Shown: positions 53,697-63,502 of the stretch, in pieces | How the letters are laid out: each line of letters begins with the position of its first letter | How positions within the stretch are numbered: position 1 is the stretch's first letter | From: Chitinophagaceae bacterium | GTDB lineage: Bacteria > Bacteroidota > Bacteroidia > Chitinophagales > Chitinophagaceae | Assembly (NCBI GenBank): GCA_036007765.1 | Contig: DASYOM010000164.1 | Coordinates: forward strand, 5,512 to 69,511 | Direction of reading: 5' to 3' | DNA: 64,000 nucleotides | The notes under the pieces: generated by a model | Told to the model about the DNA's origin: nothing | Database searches by the model: none | What the model saw: only the letters and a program-made list of their open reading frames with translations | Program-made: the position numbers and the translations under genes

Positions 53697-53704
53697 TACA
53701 TTTG
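53697..53704 (+). promoter_or_regulatory. Bacteroidota sigma70 -7 element
   Basis: TACATTTG 6 nt before ATG 53711; the ORF track's TTG start at 53702 lies inside this element. Confidence 0.55.
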
Positions 53705-53710
53705 CCCTCT

Positions 53711-55684
53711 ATGGCTTATAATAATTTGCAGGATTTTATAAATGTTCTGGAGAGGGAAGGAGAATTAATAAAAATTAAAAATTACGTAAACCCTCATCTT
53801 GAAATTGCGGAAATCACTGATAGGATCAGCAAAAATAGCAATGGTGGTAAAGCATTACTTTTTGAAAATACCGGGTATAAATTTCCTGTGTTAATGAATG
53901 CGTATGGAAGCCAGAAACGGATGTGCCTTGCCCTCGGTGTGAATGATCTTAATGACGTAGCGCATGATATTGAAAGCCTTTTTCAACTGCTTTCTTCTCC
54001 AAAAGAAAATATACTTGACAAGCTAAAATTATTGCCCAAGCTTAGCCAGTTTGCAAGCTGGATGCCTAAGGTTGTAAACAAGAAAGGAGAATGCCAGCAA
54101 GTAATTATGGATGATCCGGATATTACAAAGCTACCTGTCATTACATGCTGGCCGAAGGACGGTGGCCCGTTTGTTACGCTTCCTGTTATTCATTCAAAAG
54201 ATCCTAATAACAATTCACGAAATGTAGGGATGTACCGCATGCAGGTTTTCGGCCCAAAACTTACAGGCATGCACTGGCACAAGCATAAAGTTTCTGCAAA
54301 GCATTTTAATGAATATAAAAAAACAGGTAAGAGAATGCCTGTTGCAGTCGCCCTTGGAGGAGATCCTGTATATGCTTACTCTGCTACGGCTCCTTTACCT
54401 GAAAATGTTGATGAATATATGCTTGCAGGATTTTTGCGTAAGAAAAAAGTTGAGCTGGTAAGATGTATTTCGCAACCTGATGTGGAAGTTCCATCTGATG
54501 CTGATTTTGTAATTGAAGGTTTTGTTGATCCAAACGATGAATTGATTTGGGAAGGGCCTTTTGGAGACCATACCGGTTATTATTCTTTACCAGACTGGTA
54601 CCCAAAATTTCACATCACTGCAATTACTCATAAAAAAAATGCGATATATCCTGCTACAATTGTTGGTATTCCGCCACAGGAAGATGCATGGCTGGGTAAA
54701 GCAACTGAACGAATATTTTTAGCGCCAATGAAGATGACAATGATACCTGAAATACTTGATATGGAAATGCCTGTTGAGGGCGTATTTCACAATCTTGTAA
54801 TTGCAAAAATTCAAAAAGATTACGCAGGCCAGGGGCAAAAAGTAATGAATGCCATGTGGGGCGCCGGGCAAATGATGTTTAATAAAATACTGGTACTGAC
54901 GGCCTCCCCAAACCCTTCCAGAGGAGAGGCTTTAGAGAGTTTTAAGATTACAGATTATGAAAGCCTGGCAAAAGATATTTTTAAGAATCTAAATCCATCA
55001 ACTGATATTTATTTTTCACAGGGGCCAATGGATGTGCTTGATCATAGCTGCAGCAAGATGGGCTTTGGAGGAAAGATGTGTATTGACGGAACTTTTAAGT
55101 ATGAAGAAGAAAAAGATGAGAATTATGAATTTGTTGACGGGCATTGGAAGCAATCATCACGAAGTATTATGCAAAAATTTAATGAAGTCAAATTTGTAAA
55201 CAGCTCATTGTTAGAAAAAGAAATCCCCTGTGTAATAATATCTTTTGAGAAAAACAGAAAAGAACATGCGAAAGAACTCCATAGTTCCCTGTGCGAAATG
55301 GAATGGATCGCAGGAATAAAAATGATTTTATATGTTGAACATACAGTAAACGCCAATGACCTTACAACATCATTATGGCGCTTTTGCAATAATCTTGATC
55401 CCCGCCGCGATCATTTCGTCGTAAAAAAACCTTCTGCCAGTGACCCTTCAAAATATAACGCCTGCATAGGATTTGATGGCACTATCAAAACAAAAGAATT
55501 TGATGATTTTTATCGGGATTGGCCCAATATAATTGTTGCAGATGAAAACACCATTGCATCTGTCGATGAAAAATGGAACTCTCTTGGGCTTGGTGAATTT
55601 ATTCCTTCGCCTTCTCTAAAATTTAAAGATCAGATGTACGGTGAAGAGGCTGTTGCCTCCCCAGCCCCCTTCAGTGGGGATTAG
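53711..55684 (+). CDS. UbiD family (menaquinone biosynthesis-type) decarboxylase
   Basis: LEIAEITDR, NVGMYRMQ, EGPFGDHTGYY, VGIPPQED, LDHS, KMCIDGT. Confidence 0.92.
   Translation: MAYNNLQDFINVLEREGELIKIKNYVNPHLEIAEITDRISKNSNGGKALLFENTGYKFPVLMNAYGSQKRMCLALGVNDLNDVAHDIESLFQLLSSPKENILDKLKLLPKLSQFASWMPKVVNKKGECQQVIMDDPDITKLPVITCWPKDGGPFVTLPVIHSKDPNNNSRNVGMYRMQVFGPKLTGMHWHKHKVSAKHFNEYKKTGKRMPVAVALGGDPVYAYSATAPLPENVDEYMLAGFLRKKKVELVRCISQPDVEVPSDADFVIEGFVDPNDELIWEGPFGDHTGYYSLPDWYPKFHITAITHKKNAIYPATIVGIPPQEDAWLGKATERIFLAPMKMTMIPEILDMEMPVEGVFHNLVIAKIQKDYAGQGQKVMNAMWGAGQMMFNKILVLTASPNPSRGEALESFKITDYESLAKDIFKNLNPSTDIYFSQGPMDVLDHSCSKMGFGGKMCIDGTFKYEEEKDENYEFVDGHWKQSSRSIMQKFNEVKFVNSSLLEKEIPCVIISFEKNRKEHAKELHSSLCEMEWIAGIKMILYVEHTVNANDLTTSLWRFCNNLDPRRDHFVVKKPSASDPSKYNACIGFDGTIKTKEFDDFYRDWPNIIVADENTIASVDEKWNSLGLGEFIPSPSLKFKDQMYGEEAVASPAPFSGD
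54902..54930 (+). repeat. REP-like palindromic element in frame inside the UbiD gene
   Basis: GCCTCCCCAAACCCTTCCAGAGGAGAGGC encodes ASPNPSRGEA; a related copy lies at 55655. Confidence 0.65.
55655..55680 (+). repeat. Second, degenerate REP-like element forming the UbiD C-terminus
   Basis: GCCTCCCCAGCCCCCTTCAGTGGGGA encodes ASPAPFSG. Confidence 0.5.
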
Positions 55685-55835
55685 CCATTTCACAACCAAC
55701 AATCTTCCCGGTTTATATCGGTCCGTATAATTTGGGGATTGAGTTAGATAATAAAAGTTTCACAAACTTTTCTTTTAAGAATTAACCCTTAAAGAAAACT
55801 AATAGACTAAGTTTTCTCTGGCGGCTGAGACAGGG

Positions 55836-57224
55836 CTAAATATCAGTTGCCTCTCCATAAGCAACAGCGGTCGCCTCTTTCAAAGCTTCGCTCATAGTAG
55901 GGTGAGGATGTATTGCATTTAATATTTCATGGGCAGTAGTTTCCAATTTGCGAGCTGTGACAACTTCTGCTATCATTTCTGTAACATTATTTCCTATCAT
56001 GTGGCATCCTAGAAACTCTCCATACTTCGCATCATAAATCACTTTTACAAAACCTTCTGTAGCTCCGGATGCACTGGCCTTTCCGCTTGCTATGAATGGG
56101 AATTTACCGACTTTTATTTCATAACCAGCATCCTTAGCCGCTTTTTCAGAATAACCCACTGATGCAATTTCCGGAGAGCAATAGGTACACCCAGGTACAT
56201 TGTTATAATCAATTGCATCTGGCTTTTGGCCCGCAAGGTGCTCAGCCGCGTTGATACCTTCTTTTGTTGCCTTATGTGCAAGGGCCTGATTGGGTGTACA
56301 ATCACCAATTGCATAAATCCCCGGAATATTTGTGAGCTGATTAGCATCAACAACTATTTTCCCCTTATCCAATTTTACACCTATTTCTTCAAGGCCGGTA
56401 TTTTCTATATTGGCAATAATCCCCACAGCACTGAGGAGAATATCTGCCTCCAGAGTTACCTCGCCATCTGCTGTTTTTATCTTTGCTTTCACACCGCCTC
56501 CACTCGTATCTACATTCACGACTTCACTGTTTGTCATTACAGCAATACCCTGCTTTTTAAAATTCTTTTCAAGTTCTTTAGAAATTTCTTCATCTTCAAC
56601 CGGAACGAGCCTCGGCAAAAATTCCACGATGGTGACTTTAGTGCCCATGCTGTTATAAAAATAAGCGAACTCGGTTCCTATTGCTCCTGAACCCACAACT
56701 ATCATTGACTTTGGTTGTGATGGTAATATCATCGCTTCCCTGTAACCGATTACCTTCTTTCCATCAATTTTTAAAGCGGGTAATTCTCTTGATCTTGCGC
56801 CTGTTGCAATTATAATATTTTTGGCTTCGAGAAGTTGTTTTTTATTATCAGCATCTGTTACTTCAAGTTTACCGGGAGCTATTAATTTGCCATTACCCAT
56901 GACCACATCAATCTTATTTTTTTTCATTAAAAAAATAACACCTTTATTCATTTTATCAGCTACGCCACGGCTTCTTTTTATTACGTTTGCAAAATTTTGT
57001 TTTGGATCGTTTACTTCTATTCCGTAATCGCCCGCATGTTTGGCATATTCAAAGACTTGTGCGCTCTTAAGCAAAGCTTTTGTAGGAATACAGCCCCAGT
57101 TAAGGCAGATACCACCAAGGCTTTCACGTTCAACTATCGCAACTTTTTTTCCTAATTGCGAAGCTCTTATTGCTGCGGGGTATCCACCCGGCCCACTTCC
57201 TAATACTATTACGTCGTATGCCAT
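55836..57224 (-). CDS. lpdA: Dihydrolipoyl dehydrogenase
   Basis: GSGPGGY, GGICLNWGCIPTK, GSGAIG.E, HPHPTMSE. Confidence 0.97.
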   Translation of the reverse strand: MAYDVIVLGSGPGGYPAAIRASQLGKKVAIVERESLGGICLNWGCIPTKALLKSAQVFEYAKHAGDYGIEVNDPKQNFANVIKRSRGVADKMNKGVIFLMKKNKIDVVMGNGKLIAPGKLEVTDADNKKQLLEAKNIIIATGARSRELPALKIDGKKVIGYREAMILPSQPKSMIVVGSGAIGTEFAYFYNSMGTKVTIVEFLPRLVPVEDEEISKELEKNFKKQGIAVMTNSEVVNVDTSGGGVKAKIKTADGEVTLEADILLSAVGIIANIENTGLEEIGVKLDKGKIVVDANQLTNIPGIYAIGDCTPNQALAHKATKEGINAAEHLAGQKPDAIDYNNVPGCTYCSPEIASVGYSEKAAKDAGYEIKVGKFPFIASGKASASGATEGFVKVIYDAKYGEFLGCHMIGNNVTEMIAEVVTARKLETTAHEILNAIHPHPTMSEALKEATAVAYGEATDI

Positions 57225-57259
57225 ATTTATTATAATTTTTAAGTTTCAAAAACGCGTTG

Positions 57260-57290
57260 CAAAATTACTTTGAAATAGGCAAAGCGCAAA
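57260..57290 (-). promoter_or_regulatory. Bacteroidota sigma70 promoter of lpdA
   Basis: Minus strand TTTG-N19-TAATTTTG, matching the -33/-7 consensus. Confidence 0.6.
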
Positions 57291-57668
57291 AAGGCCATTA
57301 CCTGCTATATTAAATGGCTGCAAATAGCAATTAAGATTTACGGATATTCTAATTTTTATTACACATCGGCAAATAAATATTATTGGGAGAGTAATTTATA
57401 TAATCTGGGCCTTGAGAAATTATTGTATTCCGCACAGTCCCAAAGTTTTGATCTTCATCAATCGCTCAAACTGGCAAATGATTACTGCGATAAAATTTTA
57501 ATTGATATGACCAAGCAAGGGTTAGTTGCAAAAAAATAGAGGCTGTTAATTTATAATATTTGATCCTGTTCAAGGGCTCCTACAAAAATTATTTTAAAAA
57601 AATACTTTTAAGTTAGCCATCAACAGGATCATTTTTTACTGTTCCCTTTAAAAGGAAAGTCTTTCAAA

Positions 57669-58622
57669 TTATTTTTTCACCTGGCTTTCATTATTCCTTT
57701 TTTCTTCAATGGACTTCAGTGTATTAATACTTAGGTTGAATTCGAAACCGATAAGCACAGCTAAGGAATTTATAAATATCATTATCATTAATACCATGAC
57801 AGTTCCTATAGAACCATACAATAAATTATAACGACCGAAATTATTTACAAAAGAAGAAAATATTAAAGTTGCAATAATGCTTAGGCAGGTAGCTATTATA
57901 GCACCTGGTGAAAATAACTTCCACCTTTGGTAAGTGGACGGCGCATATTTGTAAATAAATGCATAGGTATAAAAGATAAGCCCAATAATAAAAAACCATT
58001 TTCCGGTAAGGATTAATTGTTTAATAGTCTCGTTTTTTATACCTATCATATTTAAAATATTGTTTTGGACCAATAGCAGGATAAGGCAAATTAGTAGTAA
58101 ACTGAAAAGAAGTATAGTCAGCTTAATAGCCATCCATCTTTTTTTGAAGCCTTTTATTTTTTTAAATCCGATATAGTCTTTATTGAATGACCGCATTAAC
58201 CCCATCACTGCATTGGATGCAAAAAAAAGTGATAGCAGGAAAGTAAATGAGATCAGGCCGATCTTCGATCCATTAATAATTTCATCTACAAACTGGATAA
58301 CGCTTTTGTTATATGTATGTGCCGGAATAATATCCATAATCAAACCATGCAACTGAATTTTGAGTGAGCGTTTTGAAATGAATGGTAGATTTGGAATAAG
58401 CGTAAACAGGAAAAGGCATGTAGGAGGAACCGACATAATAAAATTATAAGAAATTGCTGCTGCTCTTTCCGTGAGATAAGGAACACTAAATCCCTTTGAG
58501 AAATTTTTCAATACCTTATACAAAGAAAACCCCTGGAAGCCTGGAGGTATCCAACTTTTACTTTTTTTTCTTAAGTAATTTATGGGATGAAGATTTAAAA
58601 ATATTCGTGCAATTTTTATCAA
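57669..58622 (-). CDS. YihY/BrkB family membrane protein
   Basis: ERAAAISYNF, PGAIIAT, YNLLYGSIG, LIGFEFN. Confidence 0.9.
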   Translation of the reverse strand: MIKIARIFLNLHPINYLRKKSKSWIPPGFQGFSLYKVLKNFSKGFSVPYLTERAAAISYNFIMSVPPTCLFLFTLIPNLPFISKRSLKIQLHGLIMDIIPAHTYNKSVIQFVDEIINGSKIGLISFTFLLSLFFASNAVMGLMRSFNKDYIGFKKIKGFKKRWMAIKLTILLFSLLLICLILLLVQNNILNMIGIKNETIKQLILTGKWFFIIGLIFYTYAFIYKYAPSTYQRWKLFSPGAIIATCLSIIATLIFSSFVNNFGRYNLLYGSIGTVMVLMIMIFINSLAVLIGFEFNLSINTLKSIEEKRNNESQVKK

Positions 58623-58693
58623 AGCTTATTGGTTGTTGATAGGAGATTTCTGCGAACTTTATTTACAAAATACATAAAGTAGTTATTATAAAA

Positions 58694-59725
58694 TTATTGA
58701 TTTTCCTGTTTCTCTTTTATTAAGCTATCCAATGCCTGCTGGTATAGTTTCGCATAAATTAAATGCTCTTGGTATGTAGACGCAAAATCTGAAAACCCTG
58801 AAAAATCAGGCCTGGCTACAAAAAAGATATAATCCGTTTCAGGCATTTGAAGGACTGCATCGATTGTTTTGATAGACGGAGTACAAATTGGCCCAGGAGG
58901 TAAACCGGCATTTACATAAGTATTATATGGAGATGGAAAACTTAAATATTTATAATAAATTCTTTTTAGCCCAAAATTTTTCATGGCGAATTTTATGGTC
59001 GGATCGGCGGCAAGCCTCATACCTTTTCGTAACCTGTTTATATATACGCTGGCGATTTTCCCTTTATCATCCTGCTTATTAGTTTCCTCTTCTACTATTG
59101 AAGCAAGTGTATATACTTCCTTTGGCGTAAGATGAAGCCTGTCCGCATCTTTCAACCTGCTATCATTCCAGAATTTTTCTTCTTCGGTATATAATTTTTT
59201 CAAGATCTTTTGAGTATTGGTATTCCATGTAAAAGTATATGTGTTAGGAATTATCACAGTCATTATTGTATTTGTATCTATATCAAATTGCAATAACGAA
59301 TCATTGTTGTTTAGGAAGTTTATAACATCGTTAGAATCTGATTCAAAATTATTGGTAATTTTTTTTGCAAGATCTTCCCTTGTTCTCAGTTTTGTGATTA
59401 TAAAATCTACCGGGGCCTGCCTTCCTGCACGTAACATTCTTACAAGATTTACAATGCTCATGCCACCAGTGATTTTATATTTACCCGGCTTTACATTTTT
59501 TTCATAACCGGAATATTTCGCAACCTTATCAAACCAAAAATCATTACTGATAACTTTTGTTTTTTTAAGATCATTTTTCACTTTGTTATAACCTGAACCG
59601 GTGTGCACGTAAAAAAAATTTCCTTCGGGAGATTGTAATGTAGGCCCAAAAAACATCCAGGCACAAAACACTGCAACTACAACCAAAATCACGACGACAA
59701 AGAGAATAATTTTTCTTGCTTTCAT
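58694..59725 (-). CDS. mltG: Endolytic transglycosylase MltG
   Basis: LASIVEEET, VYINRL..GM.L.ADPT, SPYNTY..GLPPGPI. Confidence 0.95.
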   Translation of the reverse strand: MKARKIILFVVVILVVVAVFCAWMFFGPTLQSPEGNFFYVHTGSGYNKVKNDLKKTKVISNDFWFDKVAKYSGYEKNVKPGKYKITGGMSIVNLVRMLRAGRQAPVDFIITKLRTREDLAKKITNNFESDSNDVINFLNNNDSLLQFDIDTNTIMTVIIPNTYTFTWNTNTQKILKKLYTEEEKFWNDSRLKDADRLHLTPKEVYTLASIVEEETNKQDDKGKIASVYINRLRKGMRLAADPTIKFAMKNFGLKRIYYKYLSFPSPYNTYVNAGLPPGPICTPSIKTIDAVLQMPETDYIFFVARPDFSGFSDFASTYQEHLIYAKLYQQALDSLIKEKQENQ

Positions 59726-59931
59726 TTTAATATTTGTGATGTCCCGGTGTTTTTCATTCAGCCTCCGATTTCTTTATTCCAACTGTAGTTTTAAAATATG
59801 AATGTAAATAAAAAACCCTGCTTTTTTTAGACAGAGCTTTACCCGCCTGCTCAAAGGCGGAATATTATACATTTTATTTTGGAGTTGAGGGTGCTGGTGT
59901 TTGGGGCTGTACAGTTCCCGGTAAGGTTGTA

Positions 59932-60231
59932 CTATTTTTGTGGTTGTACAGGAGTTCCAACAGGGGCTTCATTTATCAGGTTGTCCCTGCTTGAATTACC
60001 ACCGGTTTTTGGAATAAACATTGCGGAGGTAATGCATAAAACCCCAATGATACCTGCAAAAAGCCAGGTCCCTTTTTCAAGAATATCAGTGGTTTGCTTA
60101 ACCCCCATTAATTGGTTTCCTATGCCGCCAAGCGAAGATGAAAGGCCGCCACCTTTAGGATTTTGTATAAGAATAATAAGCCCCAAAATTATGGAAGCGA
60201 CTATTATAATTATTCCGAACACTATTAACAT
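59932..60231 (-). CDS. secG: Preprotein translocase SecG (Pro-rich tail cut by an apparent +1 A)
   Basis: LIILIQNPKGGGL, LEKGTW; removing one A near 59936 extends the tail QNSTTLPGTVQPQTPAPSTPK to a stop near 59875. Confidence 0.92.
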   Translation of the reverse strand: MLIVFGIIIIVASIILGLIILIQNPKGGGLSSSLGGIGNQLMGVKQTTDILEKGTWLFAGIIGVLCITSAMFIPKTGGNSSRDNLINEAPVGTPVQPQK

Positions 60232-60232
60232 A

Positions 60233-61447
60233 TCAGGTTGATTTTATATTTTCAATTTTGGTTGCAAAGTAAGCACTTTTAGAAGGATTAATCAAACTTA
60301 ATTTGTTATACATTTCGATGGCTTTATCCTTTTTATTTTGCTTTATCAGCACCTCGGCCATAGCCTCAGTAAGCACTTCAGTATCAATATTGGATATTTC
60401 TGCCGCACTTTGAATTACATCTTCGGCAAGGGCATTCTGTTCTTGCATTTTTAACGGATTTAGTTTCTTCATGCTTTTTAGCCATTCGGTGAAGCTCTTC
60501 ATTTGAGTACCAAGCTTGTCATTCGTTAAAGCTTCCTCCGTGATCCTGATGCCCTGCGATGCGAAATAGTCAACGGTGTGTAATGGTTCAAAAGCAATAG
60601 GTTCCTGTGTATCAAAATTTCCTATTTCAGTTAATTGATATTCAGAAATAACCTTAGCTGATTCCTTGTCAAACAAATGGAAATTTTTTGTTTCAGGAGT
60701 ATTTTCAAGATGTATTCCTAAAGATTGCGTATCAGGAACTGGCATCTCTTCCTTATGAAATACTTCATCATGATCATTTTCATAATTTTGCTGAAGTTTT
60801 GCAGGGTTATTTTCAAGATGCGTTCCTAACGTCTGCGTATGAGGGACTGGCATTTCATCCTCGTTGACAATTTCGGGCCGAACATTTTCATGATCAGGCT
60901 GCTTTTCTGTTTCCGGAATGTTATGAAGATATGTTCCCAAAGTTTGTGAATCATGAATAAATTCCTGCCGATTCTGTATTACATTCTCATAACCATTTTC
61001 ATTATTATACTGCGATTCTTTTTCATAATAGTTTTCAATAGGCGATCCTAAACTGTGAGTACCGGGAATAAATTTTTCTTCGTCCCCCGGAAGACTTTCA
61101 GAATTTTGATTAAAAATTAACTGCTCGTCAGTTACAACCGCAAAGTGATCTTGACTTTGATTATGAAGGCCGGTTTTAAACCCTGTGTCTTCTACAAAAG
61201 CATTTTCCGATGTTTCAGTTTTTATTTGGGACAATTGAAATTGAAGCCAATGATTATTATTAAAATATAAAGAAGTTTTTTTTAAAAGTTTTTCAAAACC
61301 TGCATGGCCTGTTTTGCTGTACCAGCACAAAAGAACGTACTGTGTCAAAGAGCTAAAAGGATATTCGTCAACGTTTTTTTCAAGAGCATTAGCATCATGT
61401 GCTATGTTATGATAAAATGACTCAGAATAATTAGTTCCCACGTTCAT
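60233..61447 (-). CDS. Conserved Bacteroidota protein with C-terminal TPR-like helix and four internal 36-37 aa repeats
   Basis: FEPLHTVDYFASQG, KSFTEWLKSMK, TEAMAEVL.KQ..KAIEMY.KLSL.NP.KSAYF; located between lptE and secG. Confidence 0.75.
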   Translation of the reverse strand: MNVGTNYSESFYHNIAHDANALEKNVDEYPFSSLTQYVLLCWYSKTGHAGFEKLLKKTSLYFNNNHWLQFQLSQIKTETSENAFVEDTGFKTGLHNQSQDHFAVVTDEQLIFNQNSESLPGDEEKFIPGTHSLGSPIENYYEKESQYNNENGYENVIQNRQEFIHDSQTLGTYLHNIPETEKQPDHENVRPEIVNEDEMPVPHTQTLGTHLENNPAKLQQNYENDHDEVFHKEEMPVPDTQSLGIHLENTPETKNFHLFDKESAKVISEYQLTEIGNFDTQEPIAFEPLHTVDYFASQGIRITEEALTNDKLGTQMKSFTEWLKSMKKLNPLKMQEQNALAEDVIQSAAEISNIDTEVLTEAMAEVLIKQNKKDKAIEMYNKLSLINPSKSAYFATKIENIKST

Positions 61448-61459
61448 GAAAAATATTTA

Positions 61460-62005
61460 TTACCAGTTAGAGAATATTTTATTAAAAATAGCATCCGTAA
61501 TATTTTTTACTAATTCGTCACCCAATTGCGCTTCTGCCTGGGGTAATGTAAGTTGCGCGGAGAAATCATAATTACTCGTCACATCGGTTTCAAAATCTTT
61601 CTTGGAATCAAGTGTATTTTTAAAAACAAGATGAAAGGTAACATTTAACCTGTTTTGACTGGCATTTTGGTTGGCGATTCCTGTAGTAGTCACACTGTAA
61701 TCAGATAAATAGCCGCTTATATCATAGTGGGCGTCATCGCTGTTTGTTTGTCTTAGCCTTGTCTGCCCGATTATTTTTTGCTTGAGTTTTTCTGTTAGTT
61801 GCGGAGTAAGTTGCGGATTTACATACCTGGCTTTATTTTCAAGATAATTTACCCGAAAAGTTTTTACTTCAGGCGGAATGGGAGCTGTGTCCTTAGTAGA
61901 ATATTTACATGTAGCGCAACCGGTAATATTCAATAACAAAAAGCACAGGAGTGCATTTTTAAAATTGATTATTCTAAAAGTAATAACCGGATTTTTTATT
62001 TTCAA
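61460..62005 (-). CDS. lptE: LPS assembly lipoprotein LptE (Bacteroidota type)
   Basis: Lipobox ITGC, KTF.V....N.A, NRL.VT, IFN...SNW; synteny. Confidence 0.8.
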   Translation of the reverse strand: MKIKNPVITFRIINFKNALLCFLLLNITGCATCKYSTKDTAPIPPEVKTFRVNYLENKARYVNPQLTPQLTEKLKQKIIGQTRLRQTNSDDAHYDISGYLSDYSVTTTGIANQNASQNRLNVTFHLVFKNTLDSKKDFETDVTSNYDFSAQLTLPQAEAQLGDELVKNITDAIFNKIFSNW

Positions 62006-62075
62006 TTGAGTTATTTTAAATTGATAAATATCCGCAATATTAATTGACCTTCAAATGAATATCTATACTTAAAGC

Positions 62076-63311
62076 TCACTCGTTTATATTATACTCCTTC
62101 AATTTTCTATATAGAGTACGTTCACTTATTCCCAGGTCTGAAGAGGCATCCCTTCTTTTTCCGCGATGCTTTTTTAGCGCTTTCACAATAAGGCCCTTCT
62201 CTGCGTCCATTATGCTTAATGATTCTTCAACTTCCTGGTGGTTATCAATTTCTTCATTTGAAAGCACCACTGGGTGATTAGATGATAATGGCGGTTTGCT
62301 TTGCTCCCTATGATAATCCTCCAATAAATTTTCATTCTGAAAATTATGATTACCGTTTCCATTAATCGCTGCCGGATTTTGCAGCACATCAAAAAACATT
62401 CTTTTTAATTCAGTCACATCTTTTTTTACATCAAAAAACAATTTGTATAAAATTTCTCTTTCATTATTAAATTCTTTTTGATTTCCACCTTGCTGGCTTG
62501 CCGAAGAAAGTACTGGCAATCTTGTGAAATTAGTTTCAGGTAGAAATTTTTTCATATCATTAGCGGAAATATTTTTATCCTTTGCTAAAACTGATGTCTG
62601 CTCTGCGATGTTTTTTAACTGCCGCACATTTCCTGGCCACGGGTAACTAACGAGTACATTTTTTGCTTCTTCATCAAGTTGTACTGGCGGAGATTTGTAG
62701 CGGTCTGCAAAATCAATAGCAAATTTTCTGAAAAGCAATGGAATATCTTCTTTGCGGTCCCGCAATGCTGGAACCCTTATTGGAACAGTGTTTAATCTAT
62801 AATAAAGATCTTCACGAAAACGTCCTGTATGTGTAAATTCAAGTAAGTCTTTATTAGTTGCTGCAATAACCCTTACATCAGTTTTTTGAACTTTGGAAGA
62901 GCCGACACGTATATATTCACCGGCTTCTAAAACCCTAAGCAAACGGGCCTGTGTACCAAGGGGCATCTCTCCAATTTCGTCGAGGAAAATAGTTCCCCCA
63001 TTTACAGTTTCAAAATAACCTTTTCGGCTATCTACAGCTCCCGTAAAAGACCCCTTCTCATGACCGAAAAGCTCCGAGTCAATGGTTCCTTCAGGAATGG
63101 CCCCGCAGTTTACTGCAATAAAGGGATTGTGTTTTCTTGCTGAAAGGGAATGTATAATATGAGAAAATACTTCTTTTCCCACACCACTTTCTCCGTTAAT
63201 TAAAACGCTAAGGTCAGTATTGGCAACCTGTATTGCCACATCCAGAGCATGTACAAGAGAAGGCGAACTACCTATTATTCCAAACCTGTTTTTTATAGCT
63301 TGTTGATCCAT
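62076..63311 (-). CDS. Sigma54-interaction AAA+ domain / Fis-HTH regulator
   Basis: GESGVGKE, ELFGHEKGSFTGA, FLDEIGE, FREDLYYRL, WPGNVRQL, LGISERTLYRK. Confidence 0.93.
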   Translation of the reverse strand: MDQQAIKNRFGIIGSSPSLVHALDVAIQVANTDLSVLINGESGVGKEVFSHIIHSLSARKHNPFIAVNCGAIPEGTIDSELFGHEKGSFTGAVDSRKGYFETVNGGTIFLDEIGEMPLGTQARLLRVLEAGEYIRVGSSKVQKTDVRVIAATNKDLLEFTHTGRFREDLYYRLNTVPIRVPALRDRKEDIPLLFRKFAIDFADRYKSPPVQLDEEAKNVLVSYPWPGNVRQLKNIAEQTSVLAKDKNISANDMKKFLPETNFTRLPVLSSASQQGGNQKEFNNEREILYKLFFDVKKDVTELKRMFFDVLQNPAAINGNGNHNFQNENLLEDYHREQSKPPLSSNHPVVLSNEEIDNHQEVEESLSIMDAEKGLIVKALKKHRGKRRDASSDLGISERTLYRKLKEYNINE

Positions 63312-63313
63312 TT

Positions 63314-63481
63314 TTATTCTTCTTCTTTATTTACAATTTTTAGATCTTGAATTTCAATTAATGCGAATGCAATAAATACACCTGCAAAAGTTATTCCTGC
63401 TCCAATATTTTGATGAGCTAATGCCATGATTGCTCCGATAAATCCAATAATCAGAATAAGATATTTTAAATAAGCGACCAT
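63314..63481 (-). CDS. 55-aa two-TM small membrane protein (missed by the ORF track)
   Basis: MVAYLKYLILIIGFIGAIMALAHQNIGAGITFAGVFIAFALIEIQDLKIVNKEEE*; ends 2 nt before the next ATG. Confidence 0.65.
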   Translation of the reverse strand: MVAYLKYLILIIGFIGAIMALAHQNIGAGITFAGVFIAFALIEIQDLKIVNKEEE

Positions 63482-63502
63482 TTAAGCAATTTTTTCATTC
63501 AG

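Noticed and set aside
59843-59860. CCGCCT-N6-AGGCGG hairpin after secG
   Set aside because: Plausible ordinary terminator or stability hairpin, but it lacks a clear U tract; not called.
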